In this document: positions 14,975-26,161 of the stretch, piece by piece
How the letters are laid out: each line of letters begins with the position of its first letter
Position numbering within the stretch: position 1 is the stretch's first letter
Origin: an uncultured delta proteobacterium
Lineage (GTDB): Bacteria; Desulfobacterota; Desulfomonilia; UBA1062
Length of the DNA stretch: 64,000 nucleotides
Assembly: GCA_963798485.1 (NCBI GenBank)
Contig: CAWCTR010000007.1
Coordinates: 128,001 to 192,000 of the forward strand
Direction of reading: 5' to 3'
The notes under the pieces: model-generated
The model's input: only the letters and a program-made list of their open reading frames with translations
What the model was told of the DNA's origin: nothing
Databases searched by the model: none
Position numbers and translations under genes: made by a program

Positions 14975-15333
14975 AGATACTCAGCATACGGCAAGCCAAG
15001 GTGGGCGATCTCCTCAAAGAGACCTTAGCCGTGCTCATCTTAAGGAAGGTCAAAGACCCCAGGGTAGAAGGTGTCACCATCACGGGAGTTGATGTGAGCA
15101 TAGATCTGAAGAATGCCCGCATCTTTTTTTGTGTCCTTGACTCATCGAGGAAAGACGGGGCGCTCGACGGCCTCAAGAGCGCAACCGGGTTTCTTCGGCG
15201 GGAGCTCAAGAAGGAGCTGAGCCTGAGGGCCGTGCCTTCTCTGTTTTTTTCCTATGATGAATCATTCGATTATGGCTCCAAGATAGATGAGATCCTCGAA
15301 AGCATTGGTAAACATGATAAACAGGATAGTTGA
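14971..15333 (+). CDS. rbfA: Ribosome-binding factor A
   Basis: KDPRV...VTITGVDVSIDL, ATGFLR, LRAVPSLFF. Confidence 0.95.
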   Translation: MKILSIRQAKVGDLLKETLAVLILRKVKDPRVEGVTITGVDVSIDLKNARIFFCVLDSSRKDGALDGLKSATGFLRRELKKELSLRAVPSLFFSYDESFDYGSKIDEILESIGKHDKQDS

Positions 15334-16234
15334 GATCATAAAGGCCCACCAATCCTTCGAGATCATCACGCACAAGAGCCCGGATGAGGACGCTGTCGGG
15401 GCTTCAAGGGCTTTGGGCCGTGCCCTTGTTTCCCTCGGTAAATCGGTTTGTCTTGTATATCCGACACCTGTGCCCGATATTCTCGACTTCACCGATAAGC
15501 CTTTAGAACACGATCTCTTAGCGGTAGAGATCACCTTTCTGGTGGATGTCTCGGATATGGCCATGCTTGCGAATACAAAACCACGGGGCAAAGTAGTGGT
15601 GATCGATCACCACAGGACCACAAATAATATCGGCTATGCGTCCTGGATAGATTCAGGAAAATCATCAAGTTGCGAGATGGTATACGATCTCCTGTGTACA
15701 ATGAATGTTCCGATTAGCCCTTCCATCGCCGCGAACCTCTATATGGGCATCTTCGGCGATACCGGGGGGTTCATGCATGCAAACACGAATGTGAGGGTAT
15801 TCCAGATTGCCCACGAGTTGGTCGCTGCCGGCGCAGACCCGCACCGGATTGCCTATCAGATCAAAAAGACCAAGGCACATGCCTTCTATAATATCCTGTG
15901 TGCGGTTATGAATCGCATGATCATTCGAGGCGGCCTTTATGCCAGCTATGTGTCTTGTGAAGATATGAATAGATTCAACGCCAGGCTGGAGGATGCCTCC
16001 GGGATCGTGGAGGAGATTGCCTCCATAGCAGGCTCCAAACTCATTATCTTCCTGAAAGAGCAACAGGAAGGCACGATCAGCTGCTCCATCAGGAGCAAAA
16101 TCCCGGATGCCGCACTGAAGACCGCCACGGCCTTCGGCGGAGGCGGCCATGGGATGGCTGCCGGATTCACCATAAAAGGAAGGCCGGATGTCCTCATCCA
16201 TGAGATCATCAAGGAAGGGCTCAAGTGGCTCTAG
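15314..16234 (+). CDS. nrnA: DHH family phosphoesterase (NrnA-like)
   Basis: HKSPDEDAVG, IDHH, DTGGF, GGGGHGMAAG. Confidence 0.9.
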   Translation: MINRIVEIIKAHQSFEIITHKSPDEDAVGASRALGRALVSLGKSVCLVYPTPVPDILDFTDKPLEHDLLAVEITFLVDVSDMAMLANTKPRGKVVVIDHHRTTNNIGYASWIDSGKSSSCEMVYDLLCTMNVPISPSIAANLYMGIFGDTGGFMHANTNVRVFQIAHELVAAGADPHRIAYQIKKTKAHAFYNILCAVMNRMIIRGGLYASYVSCEDMNRFNARLEDASGIVEEIASIAGSKLIIFLKEQQEGTISCSIRSKIPDAALKTATAFGGGGHGMAAGFTIKGRPDVLIHEIIKEGLKWL

Positions 16235-17118
16235 ACGGTATCGTACTCATCGACAAACCTAAAGACATCACCTCGCGCAAGGCTGTTGATAAGGTGATGG
16301 GTATCCTTAAGGTGAAGAGGGCCGGCCACTTCGGCTCGCTGGATCCCTTTGCCACCGGCCTTCTTTGCATAGGCATAGGCCAGGGCACTAAGCTGCTGCC
16401 CTATATGCAGACGCATGAAAAGGAATATATTGCACTCATCGGATTTGAAATGGCCACTGATACGGATGACATAACCGGTAAGGTGACACAGCGATGCGAA
16501 AATGTAAAAATCGATGAGCACAAGCTGAAGATGTGGTTTGAGGAAAACAGGGGGTGGATCAATCAGCTTCCCCCCGATTATTGCGCCCAGAAGTTGAACG
16601 GCCAACCTCTGTATAAGCTTAAAAGGGCCAATAGGAAAGTGAACCCAAGACCCAAGCAGGTTCACCTGGGAGCCGCCGAGATTCTTGAGGTCGGTCCTGA
16701 CTGGGCAAGCGTCCGTATCGTATGCTCAAGGGGCACCTACATACGTGCCATAGCCAGGGACCTTGGTGCATATCTCGGTTGCGGCGGATACCTTAGGGAG
16801 CTCAGGAGGATCCGTAGCGAGGGATTCAACCTTGAGCAGTCAACCACCTTCGACGGGCTTTCACAGCAGGGGGAACAGGCAGTCATATCGCTCTTGGACG
16901 CATTATCGATCCCAAAGGCTCGCGTTACAATAATCGGAGAGCAAGGCATAAGGGATGGCCAGTCTATCCAGCTTTCCTGGGTTCTTGATGACGTGGCGGC
17001 GCCCCAGGACGAAAGCGTTGCGATCTTGAATATGCAGGGGAACCTCATCTGCATAGCGAGGGTGAACCGGGAGGGAGGCATCTGGGGGCATATCACCAGA
17101 GGCTTCAAGACTTATTAG
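16225..17118 (+). CDS. truB: tRNA pseudouridine(55) synthase
   Basis: GHFGSLDPFATG, TDTDD, CSRGTYIRA. Confidence 0.95.
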   Translation: MALDGIVLIDKPKDITSRKAVDKVMGILKVKRAGHFGSLDPFATGLLCIGIGQGTKLLPYMQTHEKEYIALIGFEMATDTDDITGKVTQRCENVKIDEHKLKMWFEENRGWINQLPPDYCAQKLNGQPLYKLKRANRKVNPRPKQVHLGAAEILEVGPDWASVRIVCSRGTYIRAIARDLGAYLGCGGYLRELRRIRSEGFNLEQSTTFDGLSQQGEQAVISLLDALSIPKARVTIIGEQGIRDGQSIQLSWVLDDVAAPQDESVAILNMQGNLICIARVNREGGIWGHITRGFKTY

Positions 17119-17239
17119 CTATTTACAGCAGAAATTAAGGTGTGGTAAGCTCCTGGTCTCTTTTTGACAGGAAACATGTGTGAAGAGCCTTAAGAAAGAG
17201 AAAAAAATAGCACGTATATATACGCAGGAGGATTACGAA

Positions 17240-17509
17240 GTGGCGTTGCAAGCAGAGGAAAAAAAACAGATCATAGATGAGTTCAAAAAACATGAGACTG
17301 ATACCGGGTCCCCTGATGTCCAAGTGGCGATACTCACCAAGAGGATCAACGATCTCACAGAGCATTTTAAGGTTCACAAAAAGGATCATCACTCCCGCCG
17401 TGGACTCCTCATGCTCGTTGGCCAGAGGAGAAGGCTTTTAAACTACCTGCGTGAGCATGACATCAAACGCTACCGCGAACTTGTTCAGACGTTGAACCTG
17501 CGGAAATAA
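17240..17509 (+). CDS. rpsO: 30S ribosomal protein S15
   Basis: GTG start after AGGAGG; 89 aa with [22 protein letters not shown]. Confidence 0.97.
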   Translation: MALQAEEKKQIIDEFKKHETDTGSPDVQVAILTKRINDLTEHFKVHKKDHHSRRGLLMLVGQRRRLLNYLREHDIKRYRELVQTLNLRK

Positions 17510-17533
17510 TGATATGAGGAAGTCAGGGGTAAT

Positions 17534-19621
17534 ATGAAAATACAGGCAAAAGGAACAACGGTTCCTCTTATTTTTGAAGTGGGCACGGTAGCCAGGCAGG
17601 CTGATGGCGCGGTCCTTGTGCACCAGGGTGACAGCGTGGTTCTCGTAACTGCCACTTCGGCAAAGGAAGAACGAAAAGGCATAGATTTTCTTCCGCTCAC
17701 GGTTGAATATCAGGAGATGAGTTACGCCGCCGGAAGGATTAAGGGCGGCTTTATCAAGCGGGACGGCAGACCCGGAACCCAGGAGATATTGACGGCGCGG
17801 TGCATTGACAGGCCTATCCGCCCGTTGTTCCCATCCACCTTCCATAACGAGATACAGATCATCGCCATGGTCCTTTCCGCTGACCCGGCATGTACCCCGG
17901 ATGTGATGGCGATCAATGGGGCTTCCGCAGCGTTACACATATCAAGCATACCCTTTTTAGAGCCTGTGGGAGGAGCCCGGGTCGGCCTGATCAACGGAGA
18001 ATTCATCATTGACCCCTCCGTGGCGCAGCTGGAAACCAGCTCTTTGGATCTTCTGGTTGTCGGCACAAAGAATGCCATCGTTATGGTGGAGGGCGAGGCC
18101 GGCGAACTCTCTGAAAGCACGATCATCGATGCGATCTCAATTGCCCACAAGAGAATCATTGAGGTCGTGGAGGCAATCGAAGAGCTCGGCAGGGCCGTAG
18201 GCAAGGAAAAGATGAAGATAGAATCCCCGCAGGAGGACGAGGCCCTCTTTGGTGAGATGATGAAGATGGCTGCCCCGCGGTTCGAACAGATTTTCGCCGG
18301 GATTAACTCAAAACAGGGCCGCCAGGCCCTGATTGAACAGTTGAAAGAGGATATGGTAAAGGGCTTTGCCGATGACACCGAAGAGCGGCAGGCATATGTC
18401 AAGGCGGCCTTTTCAGCGGTGGAGAAAAAGACCATCCGCGCTTTGATGAAGGCAAAGCGCATACGTATCGACGGCAGGGGGTTCGATGACATTCGAACCA
18501 TCGACTGCCAGGTAGGCATCCTTCCTCGAACGCACGGCTCGGCGCTCTTCACACGCGGCGAAACTCAGGCCCTTGCCACAACGACGCTGGGTACTCCAAG
18601 AGACGAGCAGAGGGTGGAGACACTTCTGGGAGAGACCACGAAATCTTTTATGCTCCACTACTCCTTCCCGCCCTTTTCTGTGGGCGAGGTGAAGATGCTC
18701 AGAGGGCCAAGCAGGCGAGAGATCGGCCATGGCAACCTGGCCGAGAGGGCGTTGAGCAAGATCCTTCCTGATGTAGCGTCCTTTCCCTATACCATCCGGC
18801 TCGTATCGGAGATCCTCGAGTCCAACGGCTCGTCCTCGATGGCCACGGTCTGCGGGGGCTCCATGTCGCTGATGGATGCCGGTGTGCCGGTGAAAAAGCC
18901 TGTTGCCGGTATTGCCATGGGGCTTCTGAAGGAGGGAGATGAGTATATGGTCCTCTCCGACATCTTAGGCGATGAGGATCACATCGGCGATATGGACTTC
19001 AAGGTCGCCGGCACCACCGATGGCGTCACTGCCTTGCAGATGGACATCAAGATAGAAGGCCTCCCCGAGGCTGTGTTGCGTGACGCCCTGGAAAAGGCGC
19101 GCATCGGAAGAATCTCTATCCTGGAGAAAATGGCCAAGGCGATTAACGAACCAAAGGCCCTCATATCCCCGTATGCCCCAAGGATCTATACGTTGCACAT
19201 CAATCCGGATAAGATCCGCGATATCATCGGCCCAGGCGGCAAGGTGATCAAGGACATTACCTCAAAGACCGACACCAAGATCGAGATCGATGATTCCGGC
19301 AGGGTGGATATTTTTTCTGCGGATGAGGAACATGCAAAGATGGCCGTGGACATGATCCAGACACTCACCAAGGAGATGGAGATCGGCCGGGTATACAGCG
19401 GAAAGGTAGCCAAGATCATGGATTTCGGGGCATTTGTCGACTTCCCTTCCGGAGAGTCCGGACTTGTGCATATTTCTCAACTCGCCAACGAACGTGTGAA
19501 TAATGTACGTGATGTTGTTAAGGAGGGAGATGAAATTCTTGTAAAGGTCATCGGTATTGACTCTAAAACAGGGAAGATCCGCCTGTCGCGCAAGGAAGCC
19601 CTGAGCGAAACCAGCCGCTGA
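17534..19621 (+). CDS. pnp: Polyribonucleotide nucleotidyltransferase
   Basis: [43 protein letters not shown] and S1 domains. Confidence 0.98.
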   Translation: MKIQAKGTTVPLIFEVGTVARQADGAVLVHQGDSVVLVTATSAKEERKGIDFLPLTVEYQEMSYAAGRIKGGFIKRDGRPGTQEILTARCIDRPIRPLFPSTFHNEIQIIAMVLSADPACTPDVMAINGASAALHISSIPFLEPVGGARVGLINGEFIIDPSVAQLETSSLDLLVVGTKNAIVMVEGEAGELSESTIIDAISIAHKRIIEVVEAIEELGRAVGKEKMKIESPQEDEALFGEMMKMAAPRFEQIFAGINSKQGRQALIEQLKEDMVKGFADDTEERQAYVKAAFSAVEKKTIRALMKAKRIRIDGRGFDDIRTIDCQVGILPRTHGSALFTRGETQALATTTLGTPRDEQRVETLLGETTKSFMLHYSFPPFSVGEVKMLRGPSRREIGHGNLAERALSKILPDVASFPYTIRLVSEILESNGSSSMATVCGGSMSLMDAGVPVKKPVAGIAMGLLKEGDEYMVLSDILGDEDHIGDMDFKVAGTTDGVTALQMDIKIEGLPEAVLRDALEKARIGRISILEKMAKAINEPKALISPYAPRIYTLHINPDKIRDIIGPGGKVIKDITSKTDTKIEIDDSGRVDIFSADEEHAKMAVDMIQTLTKEMEIGRVYSGKVAKIMDFGAFVDFPSGESGLVHISQLANERVNNVRDVVKEGDEILVKVIGIDSKTGKIRLSRKEALSETSR

Positions 19622-19627
19622 CATAGG

Positions 19628-20884
19628 ATGATCACCTCCACGCTCCTTCCCAACGGGGTCAGGATACTGACCGAGCAGATGCCTGGCATCAGATCGGTTA
19701 CCCTAGGTGTTTGGGTAAATGCCGGCTCCCGCAACGATCCTCCTAAGGATCGAGGGGTAGCGCATTTCACCGAGCATATGCTGTTCAAGGGGACACCGCG
19801 GCGCACCGCCCAGCAGATTGCCAAGGAAATCGATGCGCTGGGCGGTCATCTGAATGCCCAGACCTCGAAAGAATATACCATATACTATACCAAGGTGCTG
19901 GACGAGCACCTCTTCAAGGCCGCTGACATTGTCTTTGATCTCTTTCTCAATGCAGAGATCAACCATGATGAGCTGGAAAAGGAAAAAAAGGTCGTTCTCC
20001 AGGAAATCTCGATGACCGAAGATACCCCGGATGATTACATAACCGATCTCTTTGCCGAGGCCTTTTTCCGCAATACAACGCTGGGGAGCTCAATCCTTGG
20101 GACTGTTGAGCACGTTGGGTCTTTCGGGCGGCAGAGCATCATCGATTTTATAAACACCTCATACTCACCGGATTCCATCATCGTTGCCGGTGCGGGCAAC
20201 CTCGATCACCAGGAATTGGTGGATTTCACATCGCCACTGTTCGAAGGGATGATCCGGAGGCAAGGCCGTTATGATGAACAGATCCCGTCCTCGCTGAGCG
20301 GCGTGAAAAAGGTGTATTACAAGGACATCGAGCAGGTCCATTTCACATTGGGGACCATCGGGTCTGCAATGAACGATGAGCGGCGGTGGGCCTATATTGT
20401 CCTCAACACCATGCTTGGCGGAAGCATGAGTTCCATGCTCTTCCAGGAGGCCAGGGAAGAGCGGGGCCTCGTGTATTCCATCTATTCATTTCTCAATGCA
20501 TACCGTGACTGTGGGGCATTGGCGATCTATGCCGCTTGCACACCCGAGAACGTGAACAAGACCCTGGAAGTGATCAGCGCACAGATAAAGAGGCTAAAGG
20601 TCGGCGACCTCAAGGACATCAAGCTCGAGGATATAAAGGCGCAGATCAAGGGCAACCTGCTCCTGTCCAGAGAGAGCTCGGTGAACAGGATGTCGTCCAT
20701 GGCAAAGAACGAGATCTACTACGGACGGGAAGTAACCGTGGAAGAGGTTGTGGAAAGGCTTCAGGCCGTTTGTCTCGATGACATCGTTTCATTGGCCAAT
20801 GAGATATTCGTTGAGGACAAGCTCACGTTTGTCTCTTTAGGCAGAATCGAACAGGACGATATTCAGTGGATTCCTGTATCGTAA
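19628..20884 (+). CDS. M16 family zinc peptidase
   Basis: Inverted zinc motif HFTEHMLFKGT, REERGLVY; typical position after pnp. Confidence 0.92.
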   Translation: MITSTLLPNGVRILTEQMPGIRSVTLGVWVNAGSRNDPPKDRGVAHFTEHMLFKGTPRRTAQQIAKEIDALGGHLNAQTSKEYTIYYTKVLDEHLFKAADIVFDLFLNAEINHDELEKEKKVVLQEISMTEDTPDDYITDLFAEAFFRNTTLGSSILGTVEHVGSFGRQSIIDFINTSYSPDSIIVAGAGNLDHQELVDFTSPLFEGMIRRQGRYDEQIPSSLSGVKKVYYKDIEQVHFTLGTIGSAMNDERRWAYIVLNTMLGGSMSSMLFQEAREERGLVYSIYSFLNAYRDCGALAIYAACTPENVNKTLEVISAQIKRLKVGDLKDIKLEDIKAQIKGNLLLSRESSVNRMSSMAKNEIYYGREVTVEEVVERLQAVCLDDIVSLANEIFVEDKLTFVSLGRIEQDDIQWIPVS

Positions 20885-20890
20885 GAAGGA

Positions 20891-21247
20891 TCACACGGAT
20901 GCAGTCCTGGCAGAGGGATGCATCAAAACCCTGCTCGTTGCCTCAAGGACCTTACGCCAGGTAGGGCGATCTTTCGGGGTTATGGCAATACCGATGCGAT
21001 AGGTTGATTCTTCAATGGTATACCAGGCCAGGGACCCTTCCATGAGCATATTGTTAACGCTTACCATTATGGATTTATTCAGCAGATCCATCAGACATTG
21101 CTGAATATGGTATGTCGGAATGGTGCAGGCCATATCGGTGCGAGAGACCTCATCTACGGAGCATTGTACATAAACTTCTCCGATCTTGCAGCCGGCAGTC
21201 ATGGATTCAATTTGATAACCTTTTGTGTACCATCCGAAGAGATTCAT
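20891..21247 (-). CDS. Hypothetical protein, possibly a degenerate PilZ-like barrel
   Basis: 118 aa filling the gap between divergent and convergent neighbours; VDEVSRTDM and LAWYT...YRIGIAI resemble PilZ strands. Confidence 0.55.
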   Translation of the reverse strand: MNLFGWYTKGYQIESMTAGCKIGEVYVQCSVDEVSRTDMACTIPTYHIQQCLMDLLNKSIMVSVNNMLMEGSLAWYTIEESTYRIGIAITPKDRPTWRKVLEATSRVLMHPSARTASV

Positions 21248-21306
21248 CTTAATCCTTGCCTCTTTCGTATATTCTTATATATCTTTCGGTAGGAAATGTT
21301 CCTGCC

Positions 21307-22044
21307 ATGAGAAATATCAAAAGTGTAATCGCTTATGATGGAGCTGCATTCATGGGTTGGCAAACCCAGGCCGGTGTAAGGACCGTTCAGGAGACCATAG
21401 AGGGCGCCCTCCAGGTGATACTGGGCCATCCGGTACGGGTAATAGCCTCGGGTCGTACCGATACAGGCGTCCATGCCTTTGCCCAGGTGATCAACTTCCC
21501 CACTGAATCCACTATCCCCACAGATGGTCTCATCCGGGGCCTCAACACGATCCTCCCCGGAGATGTTGCAGTCCTTTCCGCCGAGGATGCGGCGCCGGAG
21601 TTTCACGCACGACAGATGGCCAAGGCCAAGACCTATGTCTATGTCATTGATATCTCTCCCATCAGGAACACTTTTCTGGCTCGTTACGCCTTGCACGAGA
21701 AGGGACCGCTCGATTGTGCAGCCATGCAGGAAGCCGCGTGCTATTTTCTCGGAGAGCATGATTTTGCGTCCTTCCAGGGGGCTGGGTCTCCTGTAAAGAC
21801 GACTATTCGCTGTATCACCACATCAGAGGTGTTACAAAAAGGAAACAAGGTATTCTTCCGTATGCAAGGTAGCGGTTTTTTACGCCATATGGTAAGAAAC
21901 ATTGTCGGTACATTACTTCAGGTGGGCAAGGGAAAGCGTGCTCCGACAGATATACCACGGATCATGGCGCTGAAGGATAGGAGCTTTGCCGGGCCTACAG
22001 CCCCACCGCAGGGCCTCTACCTTGTGGGTGTGGAATACGAATAG
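21307..22044 (+). CDS. truA: tRNA pseudouridine(38-40) synthase
   Basis: IAYDGAAFMGWQ, SGRTDTGVHA, GFLRHMVR, TAPPQGLYL. Confidence 0.96.
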   Translation: MRNIKSVIAYDGAAFMGWQTQAGVRTVQETIEGALQVILGHPVRVIASGRTDTGVHAFAQVINFPTESTIPTDGLIRGLNTILPGDVAVLSAEDAAPEFHARQMAKAKTYVYVIDISPIRNTFLARYALHEKGPLDCAAMQEAACYFLGEHDFASFQGAGSPVKTTIRCITTSEVLQKGNKVFFRMQGSGFLRHMVRNIVGTLLQVGKGKRAPTDIPRIMALKDRSFAGPTAPPQGLYLVGVEYE

Positions 22045-22055
22045 GGTGTAATAAA

Positions 22056-23075
22056 ATGATAAAGGTCCTCATAACAGGCGGCTGCGGTTTCATCGGGACG
22101 AACCTTATCAAGTATATCTTGAAGAACAGGCCTCTCTGGCAGGTTACGAACCTTGACCTTTTGACCTATGCGGGTAACCTGGAAAACACGCACTGCCTCA
22201 CAAAGGATGTTCCTTCAAGATATTCCTTTGTGAGGGGGGACATTGCTGAAACCGGCTTTGTGAATGATCTCTTCACAAAGAACAAATTCGACCTGGTGCT
22301 GAATCTTGCTGCCGAGAGCCATGTGGACAGGAGTATCGAGGGGGCCGGGGTATTCGTCCGGACCAATGTGGTGGGTGTGCAGGTTTTACTCGATGCATCC
22401 CTTAAGTACAAGGTGAAGCGATTTTTACAGGTATCTACCGATGAGGTCTATGGGAGTCTTGGCAACCAGGGGAGCTTCCACGAAGATCTCCCCATGGCGC
22501 CCAACAGCCCCTATTCGGCATCAAAGGCAGCCGCAGACCTTCTGGTGAGGGCCTACATCAAGACCCACGGGATGGATGCGGTGATCACCCGGTGCTCCAA
22601 CAACTACGGACCCTACCAATTCCCTGAAAAGCTAATCCCCCTGATGGTGGTAAATGCGCTGAATGATAAAGAACTGCCCGTCTATGGAGACGGCAAGAAC
22701 ATAAGGGATTGGATCTATGTGGAGGATCACTGCAAGGGCATCGTCACAGTGGCGGAAAAAGGGGTAACGGGAGAGGCCTATAATCTCGGCGGTGGCGCGG
22801 AGAAGGAAAATATCGAGATCGTACGAACCATCTTAAGGCATCTAGGCAAGCCGGAAACGCTTATCCGTTTTGTAAAGGACAGGCCCGGCCATGACTTCAG
22901 GTATTCCATGGACTATTCGAAGATCACCAGCGAGCTTGGCTGGAGACCTTCCATGGATTTCTTCAACGGTATTTCTTCCACCATTGAGTGGTATCTTGCC
23001 AACAAGCCATGGTGGGAACGGATCATCTCCGGAGATTACAAAAGTTATTACGAAAGGATGTACGGCAACAGATGA
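22056..23075 (+). CDS. rfbB: dTDP-glucose 4,6-dehydratase
   Basis: TGGCGFIG, DLLTYAGN, AAESHVDRSI, STDEVYG, YSASK, DRPGHD. Confidence 0.96.
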   Translation: MIKVLITGGCGFIGTNLIKYILKNRPLWQVTNLDLLTYAGNLENTHCLTKDVPSRYSFVRGDIAETGFVNDLFTKNKFDLVLNLAAESHVDRSIEGAGVFVRTNVVGVQVLLDASLKYKVKRFLQVSTDEVYGSLGNQGSFHEDLPMAPNSPYSASKAAADLLVRAYIKTHGMDAVITRCSNNYGPYQFPEKLIPLMVVNALNDKELPVYGDGKNIRDWIYVEDHCKGIVTVAEKGVTGEAYNLGGGAEKENIEIVRTILRHLGKPETLIRFVKDRPGHDFRYSMDYSKITSELGWRPSMDFFNGISSTIEWYLANKPWWERIISGDYKSYYERMYGNR

Positions 23076-23947
23076 GGGTGCTTGTAACCGGGGCCAGGGG
23101 CATGTTGGGGCACGAGGTCGTAAAGACCTTGGAGATGGGAGGCCATGAGGTCTGGGGCACCGATATCTCTTTAAAGGATGACAGGCTTGATATCACAAAA
23201 CAGGATCAGATCAGGTACGCCCTTACCTCGTTCAGGCCGTCCTGGGTCATAAACTGCGCAGCGTACACCAATGTTGATATGGCCGAGGAGCACGAGGAGC
23301 AGGCCCTCCTGCTCAATGCCAAAGGCCCTGACCTTCTTGCGCATGCCTGCAGAAAGCGCTCCGTAAGACTCCTCCATATCAGCACCGACTATGTCTTCGA
23401 TGGGACAAAGGGGAAGCCGTATACCGAAGAAGACACCACGAACCCGATGAATGTTTATGGTGTCAGCAAGCTTGCAGGAGAGAACGCCATAAGGCATCAG
23501 ATGGAGGCCTATCTCATCGTCCGGACACAGTGGCTCATCGGCCATAATGGGAGGAATTTCGTTTCAACGATCCTCTCTGCGGCCCAGATCAATGAGCGCC
23601 TGCGTGTCGTGAATGACCAGTGGGGCTCTCCCACCTTTGCACCTGATCTGGCAAAGGCAATTATGCAGCTCATGGAGACGGATGCGCATGGGATATACCA
23701 TGTGTGCAACCGTGGCAAGGCCACATGGTTCGATCTTGCGAAGAAGGCCATCGAGCTTGTCGGACTGGGTACACAGGTGATACCGATAAGCACGGAAGAA
23801 TATCCGCTGCCTGCAAGAAGACCTCCCTATTCAATCCTTTCAACGAAAAAATTCACAGCAAAAACCGGCAAGCTCATGCCCATCTGGCAGGCATCCTTGG
23901 AGAACTATGTCCATGATTTTCTGCAGCATGTGAAAGGCTCGGCATAA
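23072..23947 (+). CDS. rfbD: dTDP-4-dehydrorhamnose reductase
   Basis: VLVTGARGMLG, NCAAYTNVD, STDYVFDG, YGVSKLAGE. ATGA overlap with rfbB. Confidence 0.95.
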   Translation: MRVLVTGARGMLGHEVVKTLEMGGHEVWGTDISLKDDRLDITKQDQIRYALTSFRPSWVINCAAYTNVDMAEEHEEQALLLNAKGPDLLAHACRKRSVRLLHISTDYVFDGTKGKPYTEEDTTNPMNVYGVSKLAGENAIRHQMEAYLIVRTQWLIGHNGRNFVSTILSAAQINERLRVVNDQWGSPTFAPDLAKAIMQLMETDAHGIYHVCNRGKATWFDLAKKAIELVGLGTQVIPISTEEYPLPARRPPYSILSTKKFTAKTGKLMPIWQASLENYVHDFLQHVKGSA

Positions 23948-24058
23948 AGGCTTGATGAGAATCATCTTTAGGAAAAAATACATTTCTGTTAAACAGTGCA
24001 ATGGATACGTAGATACCTACAAAGAGGCCGGTGAAGTTTTTTGCTAAGGAGGCGGCAA

Positions 24059-24682
24059 TTGAGTAAAGATAAGAACAAGAGCGTGGTACGGGATTGGGCA
24101 GAGGCCCTCATCGTTGCATTTGTGATCGCCATGATCATCAGGGCCTTCATCCTTCAGGCCTATCGGATCCCATCTTCATCCATGGAGGATACCCTACTGA
24201 AAGGCGATCATATCCTTGCGACCAAGTTTACCTATGGACTTACCATGCCGTTTACCACCAAGAAGATCTGGGGGGCGGACAAGATACCATCCAGAGGAGA
24301 CATCATCATCTTCACCTTTCCGGTAAATCATGAAATGGATTTCGTAAAAAGGGTGATCGGCCTACCCGGGGATGTGATCGAGGTGAGGGACAAGAAGGTC
24401 TTCGTCAACCAGAAGCGCTATGAGATCCCCCAAGAAAAATATACAGACCCCTTTACCTTGAACCAGGGGCCCGGCAAGGTCCGCGATTTCTTCGGGCCGG
24501 TCACGGTAAGCCCCGGGCATATCTTTGCTATGGGAGACAACAGGGACCAGAGCTATGACAGCCGCTTCTGGGGGCAGGTCCCTATCGAGAATATCAAGGG
24601 CAAGGCGTTCATCATCTATTTTTCCTGGACAAGCGAAACACCGTGGATACGCTACTGGCGCATCGGTCATCTCGTGCGCTAG
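24059..24682 (+). CDS. lepB: Signal peptidase I
   Basis: IPSSSMEDTL (Ser), FVKRVIGLPGD (Lys), GDNRDQSYDSRFWG. TTG start after AGGAGG. Confidence 0.95.
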   Translation: MSKDKNKSVVRDWAEALIVAFVIAMIIRAFILQAYRIPSSSMEDTLLKGDHILATKFTYGLTMPFTTKKIWGADKIPSRGDIIIFTFPVNHEMDFVKRVIGLPGDVIEVRDKKVFVNQKRYEIPQEKYTDPFTLNQGPGKVRDFFGPVTVSPGHIFAMGDNRDQSYDSRFWGQVPIENIKGKAFIIYFSWTSETPWIRYWRIGHLVR

Positions 24683-24692
24683 GGAGACGGGC

Positions 24693-25232
24693 ATGGCAGA
24701 GATACCAAGAAGTCCCCAAGAGATCCAATCAATCCTCGTCAGGCTCACCGATGAGCTCTTGGCCTCTATCAGCGCTTGGGACAAGGTGGCCTTCATCGGT
24801 GTGCGCAGCGGTGGGGAGCTGATGGCAAAAGGTCTGGTGAAGCTCCTTGAGGAAAAGACCGGGAAACAACTACCCCTCGGGGTCCTTGACATCGCCTTGT
24901 ACCGGGATGATCTCACGCGGAGAAAGTCCTATCCGGAGGTCAGGAGTACGGATATCCCCTTTGCGGTTGATGACATGGATATCATCCTTGTAGATGATGT
25001 CCTGTATACCGGCCGATCCGTCAGGGCGGCCATAGATCACATCGTTGACCTTGGCCGTCCGAGGAGGATCTACCTGTTGGTGCTGTTCGACCGGGATGGC
25101 AGGGAGCTGCCCATCCAGGCGGATTTCATAGGGCTGAAGATAAACCTGCCTGATGAGCAGATCATCAAGCTTGAGGCTACTTCTGATAAGGAGGCCATCG
25201 CAGGAATAGTCATCAGCGAGGTGAAACGATGA
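24693..25232 (+). CDS. pyrR: Bifunctional pyrimidine regulator / uracil PRTase PyrR
   Basis: LDIALYRDDL, LVDDVLYTGRSVRAA, DRDGRELPI. Confidence 0.94.
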   Translation: MAEIPRSPQEIQSILVRLTDELLASISAWDKVAFIGVRSGGELMAKGLVKLLEEKTGKQLPLGVLDIALYRDDLTRRKSYPEVRSTDIPFAVDDMDIILVDDVLYTGRSVRAAIDHIVDLGRPRRIYLLVLFDRDGRELPIQADFIGLKINLPDEQIIKLEATSDKEAIAGIVISEVKR

Positions 25233-26161
25233 ACTGGACTCATAAAGACCTCATAGCCATTGCCGACCTGAGCTGCGAAGAGATCCATACCATCCTCGAT
25301 ATGAGCAAGTCCTTCAAGGAGGTCAGCAAGAGGGACATCAAGAAGGTCCCGGCGCTACGAGGCAAGACTGTAGTCCTGCTCTTCTATGAGGCGTCCACCA
25401 GGACACGCCTGTCATTCGAACTTGCCGCAAAGCGTCTGAGCGCCGATACCATGGCCTTGTCCGCGTCCGGGTCCTCCTTTGCAAAAGGCGAGACCATCAT
25501 GGATGCCGCACAGAACGTCATGGCCATGTCACCCGATTGCATCGTAATACGATACCCGTATGCCGGGCTTCCCAAGAAACTGGCCCGGGAACTTCCCTGT
25601 TCCATCATCAATGCAGGAGACGGGACCCATGAGCACCCTTCCCAGGCCCTGCTGGATATGTATTCCATGAATGAGCATTTCGGTAAGCTCGAGGGTTTGC
25701 ATGTGGCTATTGTGGGAGATATCCTGCATTCGCGGGTGGCCCGGTCGAATGTCTATGGATTAAAAAAGGTAGGGGCGCAGGTCACCGTGGTGGCACCAAA
25801 AACGCTCCTTCCCGTGGGCATAGAAACCTGGGGGGTGAATGTCTCAACCGCCTTCGATCCTGTGGTGGGCGAGGCGGACGTCATCATGATGCTCAGGGTG
25901 CAAAAAGAACGGATTCACGAACAATATTTCTCGGGTGAGCGGGAATATGCGTATTTCTACGGCCTTAACAAGACCAGGGTTGACAAGATGAAACAAGGTG
26001 CGGTCATCATGCATCCTGGGCCCATGAACAGGGGCGTGGAGATCACCCATGACGCCGCTGACGGGACACGATCCATTATCCTTAATCAGGTGGAAAACGG
26101 TGTGGCGGTGAGGATGACGCTTTTGTACCTGTCGCTGGGAGGGAATGTCAATGTGGATTAA
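25229..26161 (+). CDS. pyrB: Aspartate carbamoyltransferase catalytic subunit
   Basis: FYEASTRTRLSF, NAGDGTHEHPSQ, HSRVARS, MHPGP. Confidence 0.97.
   Translation: MNWTHKDLIAIADLSCEEIHTILDMSKSFKEVSKRDIKKVPALRGKTVVLLFYEASTRTRLSFELAAKRLSADTMALSASGSSFAKGETIMDAAQNVMAMSPDCIVIRYPYAGLPKKLARELPCSIINAGDGTHEHPSQALLDMYSMNEHFGKLEGLHVAIVGDILHSRVARSNVYGLKKVGAQVTVVAPKTLLPVGIETWGVNVSTAFDPVVGEADVIMMLRVQKERIHEQYFSGEREYAYFYGLNKTRVDKMKQGAVIMHPGPMNRGVEITHDAADGTRSIILNQVENGVAVRMTLLYLSLGGNVNVD

Noticed and set aside
17137-17239. S15 autoregulatory leader RNA
   Set aside because: Some pairing is possible, but it overlaps a likely promoter and matches no family I can recognise by eye.
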